28,129 nt of DNA, taken from contig JBMYOQ010000059.1 of the NCBI GenBank assembly GCA_049599475.1, forward strand, positions 1 through 28,129. The letters run 5' to 3'. This DNA comes from Opitutales bacterium. Lineage in GTDB: Bacteria; Verrucomicrobiota; Verrucomicrobiia; Opitutales; JABSRG01. The notes under the pieces are model-generated. The model searched no databases and was not told where the DNA came from. It saw only the letters and a program-made list of their open reading frames with translations. A program made the position numbers and the translations under genes. The first letter of the stretch is position 1. Each line of letters starts with the position of its first letter. Shown piece by piece: positions 7,713 to 17,908 of the stretch.

Positions 7713-10700
7713 ATGTGTAGGTTTTTTTTAATACACCTTCTGTGTGTCCTGGTGCTGGGATCGCTCTCAGTACAGGCCCGCAATTTCCCCGTTCAAGGCA
7801 CTTTTGTCGATGAACATGCTTCCGACGCGACTCGTGACCTACGGGCCCTTTGGCGTTTTGAGGAGAGCGATACGGGTTTGATCTTGCGCGACTGGTCCTA
7901 TCTCGCCGGGAATAATCCGCTGGACCTACAGTTCGTGACCACCAGCGCCTTCCCGTCACTGAATGCGCTTCCCGAGCCATCCGGACAAGAGTGGCTCGAA
8001 GGCGAATTGAAAAATGGAGCTTACCAGTTTCCGACTGAAGGGATCGGTTTCTTCCGCGCAGATTTAAATGATACAAATCCAGATGTTTCCGAAAGATTTA
8101 ATCTGTCTGGAAATATGACCATCATTTTCCACGTGAAGTTTGATGCACGCTCCGAGGGCACGAAGGTCGACTTTGGCCGACTCGGCGCCGCTAAATATCA
8201 GAGAATTGTATCCACCAAAAAACAAAGAGGCAATGGCTCAAAAGGCTTCGAAATAGAATATGATGCAGACAAGGATAAGCTGAAATTTAATGGTTTTGGA
8301 GGCGAACAGCTTGTGGTTGAAGGCGCAAATCTGGCAGACGGCGCGTGGCACTGGATCGCCATCACGCTCGAATATGTCGAAGACGCGGTAAACGGAGACT
8401 ACCTAGCGCCTTTGGTATACATCGATACAGCTGAGTATGCCCCAGAGCCTGAGGGTGAAGTAGCCGTGGCCTCTGCCTCAATCCAGAGCACAACAGAATC
8501 TACCGAAAATGTAACCGTCGGTGTATACAACGGCTGGCCCGAGCTAGAGATTATAGAAGATGGTGGCTTCTATGAGTTCGAGGAAACGCCTATCGCAGGC
8601 GGAAACATGAAACCCCTTGGCACCTACACCAATACTATCATCGATAACGACGGTGTATTGACTTACGACCTACCGCGCATCTCGGTGGGCAATCGCGGAA
8701 TGCACAGCCTAGAATACCCTGAGCACGCCACCATCGGCGGAAACCGCGACCGCCAATTCGGAGGCCAATTACAAGAGCTCCGCATCTACGGCTCGGTCCT
8801 CACCTACGAAGAGATCGTATCCATTATGTCCCCACCAGGCCCGTATTGGTGGTATACATACGGCGCCGTCGACCCCCGCCTGTTCGCAGACGATTATGCT
8901 GCGGCAAATCTCGGACAAATAAAACAATTCGCGAGTGCTAGCCGTGATTATTTGGACGAACTCCTTGCCAGCAAAATGGGCGTCGCCAGCGCAGACTCCG
9001 GATTGGAAAATTCTCTGGAAGTCGATAGTGTCAACTCTACTGTTAGCGCCCAAGTAGATGCTTTCAGCACCGATGTTGAGGTAAACAAGATCGCCGCCCG
9101 AATTGGTCAAGCCAAGCACGTCGCGGCAACACAGTTCGATTTTCTCTCCGACCTAGGTTATACTACAGACTGGTTTGGCCAGATACCTTTTGATCGAACG
9201 GTAGAGACAGGTCACAGCCTGAATTATCCTTGGACCGAAACCACGACAGATGATGAGGATACCGCAGCCATTACTCTAGGTCAGTTGAAATACATATTCT
9301 ACTATGAGTTCGAGAACTATCTAGACTACGATCACGATAACGACGGTGTCTCAGACTATGTAGAAATATACCAAGGAGGCACGCCCACTTCAGATCTCAA
9401 TCCCGACAATCCTGATACCGACCTCGACGATATGTGGGATGGTTGGGAAATCTACTGGAATTTCCCATACCTCGACCCGGCGCTCACACTGCCCGGCGGA
9501 TACGGCCGCAACGAAGACCCTGATAACGACGGCCTCACGAATTACGAGGAATCTGCATATAAGCAGTCCGGCGGGGAACCCTATCTCAATCCTTTCGATC
9601 CCGATAGTGACGGGCAGGTTGAAACCAACGCAGCCGTAAGTCTCTTCGGCGACGGCATGTGGGATAGCTACGAGATAACCTATGGTCTGAATCCACTCAG
9701 CGATCAGAACGATCCGACCGGTAATCTCGACGGTCCAGACGACGATCTCGACGGTGATGAGGTTTCCAACCTCGATGAGTTTACTTACGAAAATCCCGAC
9801 CCTACCTTATTCCCGGACGGTAGGCTCAATCCGACCTATCCCGACTCCGATAATGACGGCATGTGGGACGGATGGGAGATCACTTTCGGGCTCCCCGCAT
9901 TAGACAATGCACCCAACATTCCTGGAGGCCTAGGATCCGCCGACGATCCAGATAATGATGGTGCTACCAATGCCGCCGAGGCGCAATACGCGCAAATAGG
10001 GCTCAAGATGAATCCGTTTTCAGGAGACTCGGATGGGGACCAAATGTGGGATGGCTTTGAGCTAGCATTCGATCTATTACCTGTGGATGACGCGCCCAGC
10101 GTTCCCGGCAAAAAGGGCCGCCTGGATGACCCAGATGAAGACGGGATGAGTAATCTCGAAGAGTTTATCTACAATTCTGATCGTGGTATATTCGGAGTCG
10201 GCGGCCTGTCTCCACGTTTGGCCGATACTGATGGGGACGAGATGCCCGACGGCTGGGAGATCGCTTATAATTTCAATCCATTGTTGAACTCGGGAAATGC
10301 AGATGATGGACCAGAGGGCAATCCAGATGGCGACCAATATACGAATCTTCAAGAATACATCCTTGGATTTAATCCTCTGTTCTCGGACGACCCTATCCCA
10401 GGAGAATCTGATGATCCGCTCGCACCGATCGCTTATGCACCGCTCTCGGGAGCTTTCCGTGTCGCTCCAGGCACAGACAAAATCTCACCAGTACAAGAAG
10501 AAATCCTCGAGGATCTATTGGAAATGGACCTCGGTGATTATGTCAACGTGGGCGACATCGATGGCACCTCAGAGCATTCGGTCGCTCCTGTAATTCTCCA
10601 AGGAGAGCTCGGGGTTTCTCCGAATGGAGCGACTACTTACTCATTACCAATCGATATCGCACCTGGCGTTGCGAATTTTCAGCCCTCACTTGCCTTATCT

Positions 10701-13700
10701 TACAACAGCCAGGGAGGAAATGGCTATCTAGGCCTGGGCTGGTCTCTTCAAGGGCTTTCCGCGATCTCGCGAGCGCCTCTCGATAAAATTCATGATGACA
10801 CCATTCGCCCAGTCTCCTTCACAGATGAGGATGCCCTCACTCTAGATGGGCAACGGCTAATTCCGATCGATACCCACCACGGGGGTTCTGTGATCGAATA
10901 CCGGACGGAGATCGATACATTCAGCCGGATCGCCTCATATGGCCACACCGCAAGCGGCCCCACATCATTCAAAGTTTGGACCAAGAGTGGTCAGATGATG
11001 GAATACGGGTTGACCGAGAATTCTCGCTTTGTCCCGAAAAATAAAACAGTCCCTCTCGTATGGCATCTAGAACGCGTGTCCGATACCTTCGGGAATTCTT
11101 ACGAGATCGAGTACCGACAATTCGGTGACACCAAAGAGAGCTATCCGCACCGTATCAGTTATACGGCTAATCCCAGCCAGCTCGAGTCGACCGAACTATA
11201 CGTAGACTTTCACTACAAGTTTAGAGATGAAAAGACACGTGGCTATATGAGTGGCGCTACTCTCATGAATCACCGCGTGCTGGAGCGTATTGTTTCTCGC
11301 AAAGGTTCGACCGTGCACCGGGAATACCAAATGCGCTACGAACAGTCCCAGGTGTCCAAGGTTAGTCGAATCGTCGCTATTTCGTTGAGGACAGAAAAAG
11401 GCGGCGGAGATTATTATGCTCTACCGATCGCCTTTGATTATACAGACGAGCTCCTGCGTTCGAATACGGATGCGCCTTTGACCGCCTTTGATCCGTCCGA
11501 TCTTGATCTATACGAGCCGAGTGTAGCACTTATTCCAGCTGATTGGAATGGAGATGGTCTCACGGACATTCTGACTGTTGGTCCGGATGCGGATCTTAAG
11601 ATTCGAACTTTCAATGGTACGGATTTCAGCGGGGAGATTGCGCAGCCATACGCGGATCTAAACGATACTATAGTTGCAAGTGGCCTTCCTGGAAAACGTG
11701 AATACCTAGCAGGGGATTTTAATGCGGACGGAATGGTGGATTTGTTTTGTACCGTTTCTCAACACGAAGCTGCGCGTCCAGGTCGTCCCCCTCAGGCCCC
11801 CATGGGATATGTCTGGGTTTTCTTGAATCAAGGCGGCGGTGTCTTGGGGCCGGCCAACCTAATTCTGGAGGTGGAGAAAACAGACAACTACCGTGATCTC
11901 TATATCGCACTCGATATGGATGGTGATGGCAGATCGGACATTGTGAGAACCGGAGAACCCGACAAAGAGTCTACGGAAACCAAGCCGTATTTGGGCGTCG
12001 ATGTCTGGTATTCCGATGGCGCGGGCTTGTCTGCTCGTTCTTCACTCATTGACGACTTTTTCTACGACTTTCCTGAACCTATCCGCAGCCGTCCGCCTAA
12101 AAATTACAGGTATGTGGATGCGACTATATTTGGAGACTATAACGGGGACGGTCTGGCAGATCTCGGTATCGCGCATTATTTATCGTCCGCGTCGGCTGAT
12201 AGCATCTCTATAGATATTTTCATCAATCAAGATGGTGCGCTCGTAAAGAGAGAAACAGTCACTTCGAGTGGCACTGACCGTAACAGCAAATTCTTAGCAA
12301 CAGATCTCAATAGCGATGGATTGAGCGAGATCGTTTCCTATATCCATGAGGATGAGGTGGGTTTTAAATATCACCTGAACAACGGGGAGAGTTTCCAAGA
12401 TCAGAAGTTCTTCAGTGATATCCAGCTCGAGTCGAATAATCTGGGATTTGTTCAGTTTGCTGACCTCAATGGAGATGGCGTCTCCGATCTCACCTATCTG
12501 AATCACGATGATGAGCTGAAAACCACCTATTTCCAGCAGTCGGGAGTCGATATTGTCGCCGGAGAGACCATTGCCTACAGCAACTACGGGATAAATGACG
12601 ATAACGACAAGCTCCTCCGGATGCCGTTTGCCGACTATGATGGGGACGGACATGTGGATGTATCCATAATTACCGGAAGAATTAATGGAGAGAATCTCGA
12701 CACGAAGGACTTCTATTACTGGGATTCCGACGGTCCGAGAAACGATCTCTTAAACACCATCGTCGGTGGCTTTGGTGTAACCACCGAAATCGAGTACAAG
12801 CTGCTTACAGATCCGACGGTCTACCAAAAGGGCAGTGGAGCCACATACCCTCAAGTAGATCTTATACAACCCATGCCTGTTGTGAGCCGTCTTGTGCAGC
12901 CAGATGGAGTGGGAGGCACCTACAATGTCGACTACAGATACGCCTGTCTTACGGCCGATGTTGACCGCGGCCTTGAAGGCTTCGGAGCCTATGCATCCAC
13001 AAATAGCCGAACTAACCAGACGGTTATCACGCGCCACAAGAAAGGTTTCCCATTTACTGGTGTAGCCGAGACTATTGAAACTTTTGAAGGCGGCACGCTC
13101 GGCTTTGTGCTGACCGCCGATTGCATCGCAGTAGCCGGAGGTAAGCTCTTAAATCGTAGCACCAAGTCTGGCTTTACTCATTGGACCTACCACGGAGATA
13201 AAGTCCACTTCGCATATGCGAGCACCGAAAATGTAGAGAATTTTGAGTACAATTCAGATTCGACAGAACCATTCCAGGAGATCGAAACAGTCACCGTCAT
13301 TGAGGCTCCCGGAACTACCGCGGGGCAGTATACCTTCGGTAATGCTTCATCCGTTAAGACCGATTATAAAAACGGGCGCTACAAACGCGTTGTAAATACC
13401 TATGACGATTACGCCGGGGCCCCACCAGCTACAATCTCTGCTGCGATTACTAATTTAGACCGTTGGTATTTGGGCCGCTTGCGAGATTCCACCGTCACCT
13501 TCCACGACAATGGAGTAGAAGAGACGCGTAGCACCAGCTTCCAATACTATGTCGATGTGGATGAAACAGCACCTCCAGGAGTGGATGTAAACCCCGGCAT
13601 TGGCACTGGCGCGTTGCGTGCAGAGTTCATTATTCCCACCGAGACCAATCCTACATACGATTACACTCAAGGTACCTACTACGAGTACCACTGGTCTGGC

Positions 13701-16700
13701 CAAATCAGTAAGACAAAAGTCGTTGCAAACGATATCACTTACGATCCAGACGGCGCGACACCCATCAGTGAAGTCTCAGAGACCCGCTCTTCGAGAGTCG
13801 TATACTCCGATGACGGCCGCTTTCCCGAGTTTACCTACAATGTCTATGATCATGAAGCATCAGCGACCTTCGATCCATTGTCAGGCGTTGTTCTTTCAGA
13901 GACCGATATTAACGGCCTCACCACATACAGCACATACGGGAGCTTTCAGCGCCTCAAGCGTGTAGACGCTCCGATAGGAGATGATACCGTTGTTGAATCA
14001 TGGACCATGTCCGTCCCCGAACTCTCGACAACCATTGGACCAGCCGCAGCAGCTTACATCCCTGCAGACACCGCCTTCGCCAAGCTGACTCGGAGCACGG
14101 GGCTTGCTCCCGATTCCGTCGTATTCTACGATTGTTATGCCCGCGAGTTTGGCACGCTCAATTTCAATGGAGATGGTGATATCGTCGTCACTCATAAAGA
14201 GTTCGATACCAACGGTCGCCTGAAACGAGAGTCCATTCCTTATATACCGAGCCAGGAGACGGCTCAATACCTGGAACCCGTCTACGACGATGTGGATCGT
14301 ATCGAGTCGCAATATGTTCCTGGCCTTGGGAATACGCACTTTGTCTACGATGGTCTGAGCAAAGAGACCTATCGTCAGATCGAAGATGGCTACACCGCAA
14401 AGCCACTGGATACATCAGCGGGTCAGACCGATTTCCTCTACTCTCGGGAAGTTTACGATGAATCGGAGCGCATCGATTATATCGAAGACAGTGCCGGCCA
14501 GTATCTGTTTTACCAATACGACGGATGGGGGAATGTAGTGGAGGTCATTAAGTCACTGAATGATACGGTAGAACCTACCGACGAAAGAATCGTTACGACT
14601 TACAATAGCCTCGGGCACCGTACAGCTATCGACGATCCGGATATGGGTGTGTGGAGCTACCTCTACAATGGCTTTGGTGAACTTGTGAGACAGACCGATG
14701 CGAAATCGCAAGAGACCTGGATGGCTTATGATCAGCTCGGGCGCCTCGTGAGTCGTCTTGATGCAGATGATACGCAAACCACCTGGGTCTACGATGATAT
14801 CTCAAAGGGGAAAGCTCTTGGCAAGTTGACCTATACCCAAGTCCTGGCCCCAAATGGCACCGATATCGTTCACAGCGAATCCTATCTTTACACCAATACA
14901 GCCGAGAATCCGAATCCGCTCGGACTGCTCGTCGAGAAGACGGAGACCATCTTGGGCAAGGCAGAGCCCTATGTGATGACGATGACTTACGACAATTACG
15001 GTCGCGAGCATACAGTCACCTATCCCACACAGTTTGAGCAAGATGGCGATGGCACGCCGCTCACTCTTGCCAATACATACGATAGCACTTACGGCCATAT
15101 CGAGAGAGTCACCAATTACGATCCTGTTCTAGGCGTAGATAATTCCACTTATTGGCAGACCGAAGATAAAAACGCCACAGTCGGCCGCTTTGATGCTCAG
15201 GGTCGCCTGCTCGCATTCAGCTATGGAAATGGCGTGAAGACTGAGCTCGAGATCGACTCGGTTACAGGCTTCCTCGATCGTATCAGAACGGATAAGACTT
15301 CCGACGGTAGCAAACTCGGAGACTGGCACTTCGGATACAATGCTCTCGGCCACTTGATGAGCCGCGAGGATGATCGCCAGCACGAGGCGACTCCAAATCA
15401 TCATCTCGAGAAATATACCTACGACACGCTCCAGCGTCTATCGACGCACAAATACATCGATCCAGACGACGAGACCAACGTCATCCGTTCAGATCAATAT
15501 GAATACGACGACTACGGCAATATCACCGCGCGTCCAGGTCTCGTAACTAGCTATAGCTACGATGATGCAGATCGCGTAAATAGGCTGACTTCAATAAACG
15601 GCGGTTCAAACTTTACCTACGACAACAACGGCAACCTTACAGACTATGACGGCCGTGACATCACGTGGAATAGCTACAATAAGGTAAACACCATCACGAT
15701 GCTGACGCGGCAGTCCGCCTTCACTTATGGAGTAGGCCGCCAGCGAATCACTCAAGCATACACCGACAGTTCAGACGGCTCCTACCGCAACACCACCTAC
15801 ATCATGGGAGGGATCTATGAGGAGGTTGCGAGTGGAGTCGGGGGGACCGAATCGGAGTCAATACAGCGCGTCTACATTTCGGCACCTACCGGCACCGTCG
15901 GGGTTTTTGTCAGCGATAATGGCGCAAACCCGCAGATGGACTACTACCACTACGACCATCAGGGTACCATAATATTCACGACAGACGCATCCGGCAACAA
16001 ACAAGAAGACTATGCCTACGACCCCTGGGGCCGCCGAAGCAGCACTAGCAATTGGGACAACTATCTTCCAATATTGGATCACCTCCCAGCGGGCCTCATA
16101 GCCTCAGCCACCACCCGAGGCTACACCGGCCACGAGATGATGGATGCCTTCGGCCTCATCAACATGAACGGCCGCGTATACGATCCCACTTTGGGCCGAT
16201 TCCTATCTGCAGATCCATTCGTTCAGTTCGAAGGAGATTTACAGACCTACAACCGCTACTCATATGTGCGGAATAATCCGCTTAGTTATACCGATCCCAG
16301 TGGATACTTCATCGAATGGGTGCTATTCGGAGCCTTTGCTGCTGTCGCAGGTCAGGGGTTGCCTGCAGAAATTCAACCATTTGTAGGATTAGCTCTAGCA
16401 TTTATCCCGGGTGGACAAGGAGCCCTCCTTGCCAATGGCCAAGCTGCATTCTACGGCTATAGTATCACTTCTGGGTATATAAACGGAGGGGTTAAAGGTG
16501 CTATCTTGGCTGACCTGTCATTTGGACTAACGAAATTTATCGGGGGGCCTAACGGCTTTGGCGGTTTTGGAAATACCCTGAATGAGGCTGCAAGAGCAGT
16601 GGCACATGGTCTTGCGCAAGGTGGTGTTGCCGAGCTAGGTGGCGGCGATTTTGGAGCAGGGTTCCTCGGAGGAGCGGTAGGCTCTCTCGGAGGGTCATTA

Positions 16701-17432
16701 ACTCAACACTATCAACAGAGTCCAGAAATAGGCTTAGCAGTCTCAATCATGGCAGGTGGCACAGCCTCGAGCCTTGGTGGTGGAAGTTTTGCGAACGGCG
16801 CAATTTCTGGTGCTACTACATGGCTCTTCAATCACATGGCTGATATCAGGGCAGATGAGCGTAGGGCTAAACTGGAGAAGGAAAGAGCTGCTGAAACAAA
16901 AATCAGGAGGGCTGAACTGGTCGCCTTTGCTGAAGATATGGCAGTGAGGCATTCGAGGGGTGAGATTAGCGGCATTGACGCATACACTGCAATTATAGAC
17001 AAAATCGCTAGCTATCATAAGGGCACTGATAACATGTTTATGCGCATTCTGGGTTTTGGAAAAGATGATGTGGCAGGTTTTCTGGGCGATTTTGAACATC
17101 TTTTTTTAATGGACCATAAAATCTTTGGTGTAACTTGGAAGTTGGGCGGCGGATATACCTCTCGCATAGCATCCACTGGTATAAAACCGAAGTTTGAGGA
17201 TGGCACTTATGGCCAGCTCGCCCATTTTTCAGGATCGTTAAATGCAGGAGCTACCATGGGATCTATTGCTCATTTTTGGGTTGATGGATATGAGATTTTC
17301 GCCACTCATAATAAAAACTTCCAGGATTTTAGACTCGGAAGGTTGGGAGTTAATATCGGAGAATTAGTCGGTTCTGGGGATCTTCCTCTCAGTCAGTTAG
17401 GTGATGTGATTAAAAGCCGCTTAGGAGAATAA
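7713..17432 (+). CDS. Giant Rhs/YD-repeat polymorphic toxin: signal peptide, LamG-like domain, TSP3-like Ca-binding repeats, SpvB, FG-GAP, Rhs core and variable C-terminus
   Basis: SpvB-type G.LGVSPNGATTYSLPI...PSLALSYNS.GGNG.LG.GW. Several (G)DFN.DG..DL repeats. DPDMG.WSY.YN.FGEL motif. Core GYTGHE...MNGRVYDP.LGRFLSADP...NRYSYV.NNPL...DPSG (DPSG at 16293-16304). Confidence 0.93.
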   Translation: MCRFFLIHLLCVLVLGSLSVQARNFPVQGTFVDEHASDATRDLRALWRFEESDTGLILRDWSYLAGNNPLDLQFVTTSAFPSLNALPEPSGQEWLEGELKNGAYQFPTEGIGFFRADLNDTNPDVSERFNLSGNMTIIFHVKFDARSEGTKVDFGRLGAAKYQRIVSTKKQRGNGSKGFEIEYDADKDKLKFNGFGGEQLVVEGANLADGAWHWIAITLEYVEDAVNGDYLAPLVYIDTAEYAPEPEGEVAVASASIQSTTESTENVTVGVYNGWPELEIIEDGGFYEFEETPIAGGNMKPLGTYTNTIIDNDGVLTYDLPRISVGNRGMHSLEYPEHATIGGNRDRQFGGQLQELRIYGSVLTYEEIVSIMSPPGPYWWYTYGAVDPRLFADDYAAANLGQIKQFASASRDYLDELLASKMGVASADSGLENSLEVDSVNSTVSAQVDAFSTDVEVNKIAARIGQAKHVAATQFDFLSDLGYTTDWFGQIPFDRTVETGHSLNYPWTETTTDDEDTAAITLGQLKYIFYYEFENYLDYDHDNDGVSDYVEIYQGGTPTSDLNPDNPDTDLDDMWDGWEIYWNFPYLDPALTLPGGYGRNEDPDNDGLTNYEESAYKQSGGEPYLNPFDPDSDGQVETNAAVSLFGDGMWDSYEITYGLNPLSDQNDPTGNLDGPDDDLDGDEVSNLDEFTYENPDPTLFPDGRLNPTYPDSDNDGMWDGWEITFGLPALDNAPNIPGGLGSADDPDNDGATNAAEAQYAQIGLKMNPFSGDSDGDQMWDGFELAFDLLPVDDAPSVPGKKGRLDDPDEDGMSNLEEFIYNSDRGIFGVGGLSPRLADTDGDEMPDGWEIAYNFNPLLNSGNADDGPEGNPDGDQYTNLQEYILGFNPLFSDDPIPGESDDPLAPIAYAPLSGAFRVAPGTDKISPVQEEILEDLLEMDLGDYVNVGDIDGTSEHSVAPVILQGELGVSPNGATTYSLPIDIAPGVANFQPSLALSYNSQGGNGYLGLGWSLQGLSAISRAPLDKIHDDTIRPVSFTDEDALTLDGQRLIPIDTHHGGSVIEYRTEIDTFSRIASYGHTASGPTSFKVWTKSGQMMEYGLTENSRFVPKNKTVPLVWHLERVSDTFGNSYEIEYRQFGDTKESYPHRISYTANPSQLESTELYVDFHYKFRDEKTRGYMSGATLMNHRVLERIVSRKGSTVHREYQMRYEQSQVSKVSRIVAISLRTEKGGGDYYALPIAFDYTDELLRSNTDAPLTAFDPSDLDLYEPSVALIPADWNGDGLTDILTVGPDADLKIRTFNGTDFSGEIAQPYADLNDTIVASGLPGKREYLAGDFNADGMVDLFCTVSQHEAARPGRPPQAPMGYVWVFLNQGGGVLGPANLILEVEKTDNYRDLYIALDMDGDGRSDIVRTGEPDKESTETKPYLGVDVWYSDGAGLSARSSLIDDFFYDFPEPIRSRPPKNYRYVDATIFGDYNGDGLADLGIAHYLSSASADSISIDIFINQDGALVKRETVTSSGTDRNSKFLATDLNSDGLSEIVSYIHEDEVGFKYHLNNGESFQDQKFFSDIQLESNNLGFVQFADLNGDGVSDLTYLNHDDELKTTYFQQSGVDIVAGETIAYSNYGINDDNDKLLRMPFADYDGDGHVDVSIITGRINGENLDTKDFYYWDSDGPRNDLLNTIVGGFGVTTEIEYKLLTDPTVYQKGSGATYPQVDLIQPMPVVSRLVQPDGVGGTYNVDYRYACLTADVDRGLEGFGAYASTNSRTNQTVITRHKKGFPFTGVAETIETFEGGTLGFVLTADCIAVAGGKLLNRSTKSGFTHWTYHGDKVHFAYASTENVENFEYNSDSTEPFQEIETVTVIEAPGTTAGQYTFGNASSVKTDYKNGRYKRVVNTYDDYAGAPPATISAAITNLDRWYLGRLRDSTVTFHDNGVEETRSTSFQYYVDVDETAPPGVDVNPGIGTGALRAEFIIPTETNPTYDYTQGTYYEYHWSGQISKTKVVANDITYDPDGATPISEVSETRSSRVVYSDDGRFPEFTYNVYDHEASATFDPLSGVVLSETDINGLTTYSTYGSFQRLKRVDAPIGDDTVVESWTMSVPELSTTIGPAAAAYIPADTAFAKLTRSTGLAPDSVVFYDCYAREFGTLNFNGDGDIVVTHKEFDTNGRLKRESIPYIPSQETAQYLEPVYDDVDRIESQYVPGLGNTHFVYDGLSKETYRQIEDGYTAKPLDTSAGQTDFLYSREVYDESERIDYIEDSAGQYLFYQYDGWGNVVEVIKSLNDTVEPTDERIVTTYNSLGHRTAIDDPDMGVWSYLYNGFGELVRQTDAKSQETWMAYDQLGRLVSRLDADDTQTTWVYDDISKGKALGKLTYTQVLAPNGTDIVHSESYLYTNTAENPNPLGLLVEKTETILGKAEPYVMTMTYDNYGREHTVTYPTQFEQDGDGTPLTLANTYDSTYGHIERVTNYDPVLGVDNSTYWQTEDKNATVGRFDAQGRLLAFSYGNGVKTELEIDSVTGFLDRIRTDKTSDGSKLGDWHFGYNALGHLMSREDDRQHEATPNHHLEKYTYDTLQRLSTHKYIDPDDETNVIRSDQYEYDDYGNITARPGLVTSYSYDDADRVNRLTSINGGSNFTYDNNGNLTDYDGRDITWNSYNKVNTITMLTRQSAFTYGVGRQRITQAYTDSSDGSYRNTTYIMGGIYEEVASGVGGTESESIQRVYISAPTGTVGVFVSDNGANPQMDYYHYDHQGTIIFTTDASGNKQEDYAYDPWGRRSSTSNWDNYLPILDHLPAGLIASATTRGYTGHEMMDAFGLINMNGRVYDPTLGRFLSADPFVQFEGDLQTYNRYSYVRNNPLSYTDPSGYFIEWVLFGAFAAVAGQGLPAEIQPFVGLALAFIPGGQGALLANGQAAFYGYSITSGYINGGVKGAILADLSFGLTKFIGGPNGFGGFGNTLNEAARAVAHGLAQGGVAELGGGDFGAGFLGGAVGSLGGSLTQHYQQSPEIGLAVSIMAGGTASSLGGGSFANGAISGATTWLFNHMADIRADERRAKLEKERAAETKIRRAELVAFAEDMAVRHSRGEISGIDAYTAIIDKIASYHKGTDNMFMRILGFGKDDVAGFLGDFEHLFLMDHKIFGVTWKLGGGYTSRIASTGIKPKFEDGTYGQLAHFSGSLNAGATMGSIAHFWVDGYEIFATHNKNFQDFRLGRLGVNIGELVGSGDLPLSQLGDVIKSRLGE

Positions 17433-17770
17433 TGATTAAAAATATATTCTTACTACTTTTGACGTTTTCTTTCGGTTGCGGTCGTAAATGTGAAACCTTC
17501 GAAGGTTACAAACAGGCTATAGCGGTTTTAGAATTCATAGCGGACTCAGACGATGCTGTAAGAAAGGAATATCTACAAAGACCTTCTCTTGTTGCTGGAA
17601 TTGAACATAATCAAATGCCCGTAGGTGATATCTCTGTTTTAGATTGTATATTTGATGACCGAGTGTTCCACATCACCGTCCAGATTAATGGAGAGGTCGG
17701 TGAGTTTCTTTTCTCAATCAAACAGGAAACCAGTGAAGTACTGAAAATTATAAGAGTAGATACTCTCTAG
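17432..17770 (+). CDS. Candidate cognate immunity protein, possibly a lipoprotein
   Basis: 112 aa, TAATG-coupled to the Rhs stop, AT-rich. N-terminus MIKNIFLLLLTFSFGC is lipobox-like. Confidence 0.65.
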   Translation: MIKNIFLLLLTFSFGCGRKCETFEGYKQAIAVLEFIADSDDAVRKEYLQRPSLVAGIEHNQMPVGDISVLDCIFDDRVFHITVQINGEVGEFLFSIKQETSEVLKIIRVDTL

Positions 17771-17908
17771 GTTTTGACCGGTGTCCAGAAAGGGCCCATC
17801 AAAACAGGGCGTATGTGTTGATTAATGCTGCTCTAGGGTTTTCAAAAAGGGACAGGGATCTATTACTTGACTTACACATCGCGATTTCTTTTCTACACAC
17901 TAGATCGT

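Noticed and set aside
8769..17206. Numerous short antisense or alternate-frame ORFs inside the Rhs gene, and likewise inside the other long genes
   Set aside because: Shadow ORFs of long coding regions with no motifs or independent signals.
17771..17805. gttttga...tcaaaac inverted repeat after the immunity gene as an integron attC site
   Set aside because: The orientation is GTT...AAC rather than RYYYAAC...GTTRRRY, and there is no integrase. At most a weak hairpin.
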